Shown: positions 22,868 to 25,611 of the stretch, in pieces
Layout of the letters: the number at the start of each line of letters is the position of its first letter
How positions within the stretch are numbered: position 1 is the first letter of the stretch
NCBI GenBank assembly: GCA_031362565.1
Contig: JANLSU010000083.1
Location: 1-25,611, forward strand
DNA: 25,611 nucleotides
Source of the DNA: a bacterium
GTDB lineage: Bacteria > Krumholzibacteriota > Krumholzibacteriia > G020349025
Direction: 5' to 3'
Program-made: the position numbers and the translations under genes
The notes under the pieces: model-generated
What the model was told of the DNA's origin: nothing
The model's database searches: none
Seen by the model: the letters and a program-made list of their open reading frames with translations, nothing else

Positions 22868-25611
22868 GTGCGTGCACGTCGCGTCCCCTTGGAGCATGTC
22901 GGACTGTGGCTCGCATCGATTGCGTGGACTGCGGTTGCAGTTGCGGCCGACACGGCTCCGGCCGGCGCGCCCGGCACGACCACCGATCGCGTCGTCACCG
23001 TCGACGACTTCAAGGGGCTCGCCTGGCGCTCGGTCGGACCCGCCAACATGGGCGGCCGAGCGTCGGCCATCGCGCTCATTCCCGGCAGCCGCACGAGTTT
23101 CTACGTCGGCTTTGGCACCGGCGGCGTCTTTAAAACCGACAACCTCGGCGTGACGTTCAAGCCGGTGTTCGACGCGACGGGAATCGCTTCCATCGGCGCG
23201 ATTGCGGTGGCGGATGCGCCCGCCAACTGGCGCGGTTGGGCTGCCGAGGACAAGGACCGTAAGACCGAGGATGCCGCAGCGGCCGCCGACACGAAGAAGG
23301 CCAAACGCGACGCCCACAAGCCAAAGGACACCGCGAAGTCTGCCGACGACGATCGCACCGAGCGCGGCAAGGGCAAGATTGTTTGGGTCGGCACGGGCGA
23401 GGGCAACAACCGGAATAGTTCATCTTGGGGCCATGGTGTCTACCGCTCGACCGACGCCGGCGCGACGTTCAAGTCGGTGGGGCTCGAAGAAACCCGCGAC
23501 ATTCCGCATCTCGCCGTCGATCCACGCGATCCGGACGTGTGCTATGTCGCGGCACTCGGTCACCTGTGGGGCGCCAATCCCGAACGCGGCGTGTTCAAAA
23601 CGACCGACGGCGGCGCCACCTGGCAGCACGTTCTCAAGGTCGATGCCGAAACCGGCGCCTGTGATGTCGTCCTCGATCCTGCCAGTCCCAACACGGTCTA
23701 CGCCGCGCTCTACGCGCGCCGCCGCACCCCGTGGAGTTACACCGGCAACTCCGACAAGGGCGGCATCTTTCGCTCCGATGACGCGGGGCGTACCTGGAAG
23801 AAGCTCACCCAAGGACTTCCGCCGCGCACGGGCCGCATTGGACTCGCCGTCTACGCCAAGGATCCACGAATCCTCTACGCCGAGGTCGAAAGCGACTTCG
23901 GCGGCACGGGACGCGATCCATTCGATGACCGCTCGCCAAACGGCGGACTCTTCCGCAGCGAGGACCGCGGTGCAACCTGGGTGCGGGCTTCCGAATTCAA
24001 TTTCCGGCCGTTCTACTTCTCGCGTTTGGCCATCGACCCCGACAACGATCAGCGCGTCTACCTGCCGGGCTGGGACCTCGGCATTTCGGATGACGGTGGC
24101 AAGACGGTGCGGCGAAGCGGCAGCGAGAACGTTCACGTCGACATGCACGCCATCATCGTCAATCCCGCCGATCCAAATCAGATCCTGATCGGCTGCGATG
24201 GCGGGGTCTACATTTCGCACGACCGGGCCGCGACGTGGGATTTCCTGGATCATATGGCGGTCGGCGAGTTCTACCGCATCGCGGTCGACAACAGCGATCC
24301 GTATCGGATCGCGGGCGGACTGCAAGACAACGGTTCTTGGGTCGGCCCATCGGAGACGCTGTCGCAGACCATGGACGAAGCCAAGGACGGCATCTTGAGC
24401 TCGGATTGGCGCATGGTCTTCGGCAGTGACGGCTTCACCGTGGCCTTCGATCCCGCTGACGCGAATCGCATGTACGCGACCGGCCAAGGCGGCTATTTGG
24501 GCCGCCTCCGGCTCGACGACAACGTGCAGCGTTTCCTGCGCCCAACGCCCCGCGAAGGCCAGGAACGCCTGCGCTTCAACTGGAACGCACCGTTTCTCAT
24601 CTCGCGGCACGACCCGTCGGTGCTCTATCACGCCGGCAATCGCGTCTACAAACTGACCGAGCGCGGCGACCATTGGTTCGCGATCAGCCCCGATTTGACC
24701 CGCAACGAAGCCGACAAGACGGCGACCGTGGGTTCGGATGCCGAGACTTACGGCACCGTCGTCTCCCTCGCCGAATCGCCGCTCGCCAAGGGACATCTGT
24801 GGACCGGCAGCGACGACGGCCGCGTGCAGGTGACAACCGACGAGGGCAAGAATTGGAAGGACGTGACGCCGGCTGCGGTCAACGGCATGTATGTTTCGCG
24901 CATCGCGGCTTCGGGGCTCGATGCGCGCACCGCATATGTCGCCGTGAACGGACACCGGAGCGACGTGCTGACGCCGATTGTTCTGATGACCCAGGACGAC
25001 GGTGCCACATGGTCGAATATTGCCGGCGATCTGCCGGCCGACGAACCCGTCGAATCCGTGACCGAGGACCTAGGGAACCGCGACGTCCTCTACTGCGGCA
25101 CCGAGCATGCCTGCTTCGTGACGCTCGACCGTGGGGCCCACTGGTTGAATTTGAACGGCAAGTCGCTGCCGCCGGCCGCCGTGCACGACATCGCCATCCA
25201 ACCGCGTGAGCGTGACTTAGTCGTTGGAACGCACGGGCGAAGCATCTGGGTGCTCGACAACGCCGGGTTCCTGGGGCAGCTCGCCGCGGTCCGCAATCAG
25301 AAGATCGCGGTTTTCGACGTGCTACCCGCAGTGCCGCGCCTCTACGCGGGACGCGCGTACGGGGCTGGGCACGGGCTCTTCCGCGCCAAGAACGGCCCCA
25401 TGGGTGCGATCTTCGATGTCTGGGTCCGCGATGCCGCCGGCGAGGCCTTGAGTGTCTCGATCGCCGATTCGACGGGCTTCACGGTCCGGGAACTGACCGC
25501 AACAACCCGCAAGGGCGTCAACCGCGTGGTCTGGGACTTGCAAATGGATCGCAAGCACCTCTTTACGAGCGTCGACGAAAACGAACTCGGGCAAACTCAG
25601 TTCGTGCGGGC
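22868..25611 (+). CDS. Secreted BNR/Asp-box repeat beta-propeller protein (VPS10/sortilin-like 'glycosyl hydrolase'), 3'-truncated by the window edge
   Basis: Absent from the ORF track, presumably because there is no stop in the window. GGAGG at 22858-22862, GTG 22868. Translation: MRARRVPLEHVGLWLASIAWTAVAVAA..., WRSVGPANMGGR, VWVGTGEGNNRNS, Asp-boxes (STDAGATF, TTDGGATW, SDDAGRTW, SEDRGATW, SHDRAATW), GGLQDNG, RFNWNAP, GTHGRSIW, GVNRVVWDL. Confidence 0.9.
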   Translation, partial: MRARRVPLEHVGLWLASIAWTAVAVAADTAPAGAPGTTTDRVVTVDDFKGLAWRSVGPANMGGRASAIALIPGSRTSFYVGFGTGGVFKTDNLGVTFKPVFDATGIASIGAIAVADAPANWRGWAAEDKDRKTEDAAAAADTKKAKRDAHKPKDTAKSADDDRTERGKGKIVWVGTGEGNNRNSSSWGHGVYRSTDAGATFKSVGLEETRDIPHLAVDPRDPDVCYVAALGHLWGANPERGVFKTTDGGATWQHVLKVDAETGACDVVLDPASPNTVYAALYARRRTPWSYTGNSDKGGIFRSDDAGRTWKKLTQGLPPRTGRIGLAVYAKDPRILYAEVESDFGGTGRDPFDDRSPNGGLFRSEDRGATWVRASEFNFRPFYFSRLAIDPDNDQRVYLPGWDLGISDDGGKTVRRSGSENVHVDMHAIIVNPADPNQILIGCDGGVYISHDRAATWDFLDHMAVGEFYRIAVDNSDPYRIAGGLQDNGSWVGPSETLSQTMDEAKDGILSSDWRMVFGSDGFTVAFDPADANRMYATGQGGYLGRLRLDDNVQRFLRPTPREGQERLRFNWNAPFLISRHDPSVLYHAGNRVYKLTERGDHWFAISPDLTRNEADKTATVGSDAETYGTVVSLAESPLAKGHLWTGSDDGRVQVTTDEGKNWKDVTPAAVNGMYVSRIAASGLDARTAYVAVNGHRSDVLTPIVLMTQDDGATWSNIAGDLPADEPVESVTEDLGNRDVLYCGTEHACFVTLDRGAHWLNLNGKSLPPAAVHDIAIQPRERDLVVGTHGRSIWVLDNAGFLGQLAAVRNQKIAVFDVLPAVPRLYAGRAYGAGHGLFRAKNGPMGAIFDVWVRDAAGEALSVSIADSTGFTVRELTATTRKGVNRVVWDLQMDRKHLFTSVDENELGQTQFVR

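Overview
GC-rich bacterial chromosomal window, densely coding. I see no rRNA, tRNA, CRISPR or transposase genes. A C-terminal WGRVKALYR tail hints at an uncultured Eisenbacteria/Krumholzibacteria/Latescibacteria-like host (inference). From left to right: (i) a ~750 bp non-coding stretch with short direct repeats and palindromes; (ii) a minus-strand trio of membrane-anchored hypothetical protein, LeuD-LeuC-order (swivel-first) aconitase-family fusion and DAGK/YegS-family lipid kinase; (iii) a CelD/BcsL-type GNAT followed by the normally archaeal cyclic-2,3-diphosphoglycerate pathway (cpgS, pgk2); (iv) two long stem-loop elements between convergent genes; (v) a tryptophan-catabolic cluster with kynA, an AlkP-fold protein, an atypical SDR, a luciferase-like monooxygenase (LLM), an asparaginase-II homologue with an altered active site, 2-aminomuconate-semialdehyde dehydrogenase, 2-aminophenol-1,6-dioxygenase beta subunit, an alpha-subunit/RidA fusion and kynB, interrupted by a stand-alone secreted-protein gene; (vi) sthA and a truncated BNR/VPS10-type secreted beta-propeller gene. 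Main hypothesis: the cluster lacks kynU, kmo, nbaC and nbaD. Its contents fit an undescribed route in which kynurenine, a beta-aspartyl-aryl ketone, undergoes Baeyer-Villiger oxidation by the LLM enzyme and is cleaved by the asparaginase-II homologue to aspartate + 2-aminophenol, which is then meta-cleaved. All family calls come from motif recognition by eye; no searches were run.
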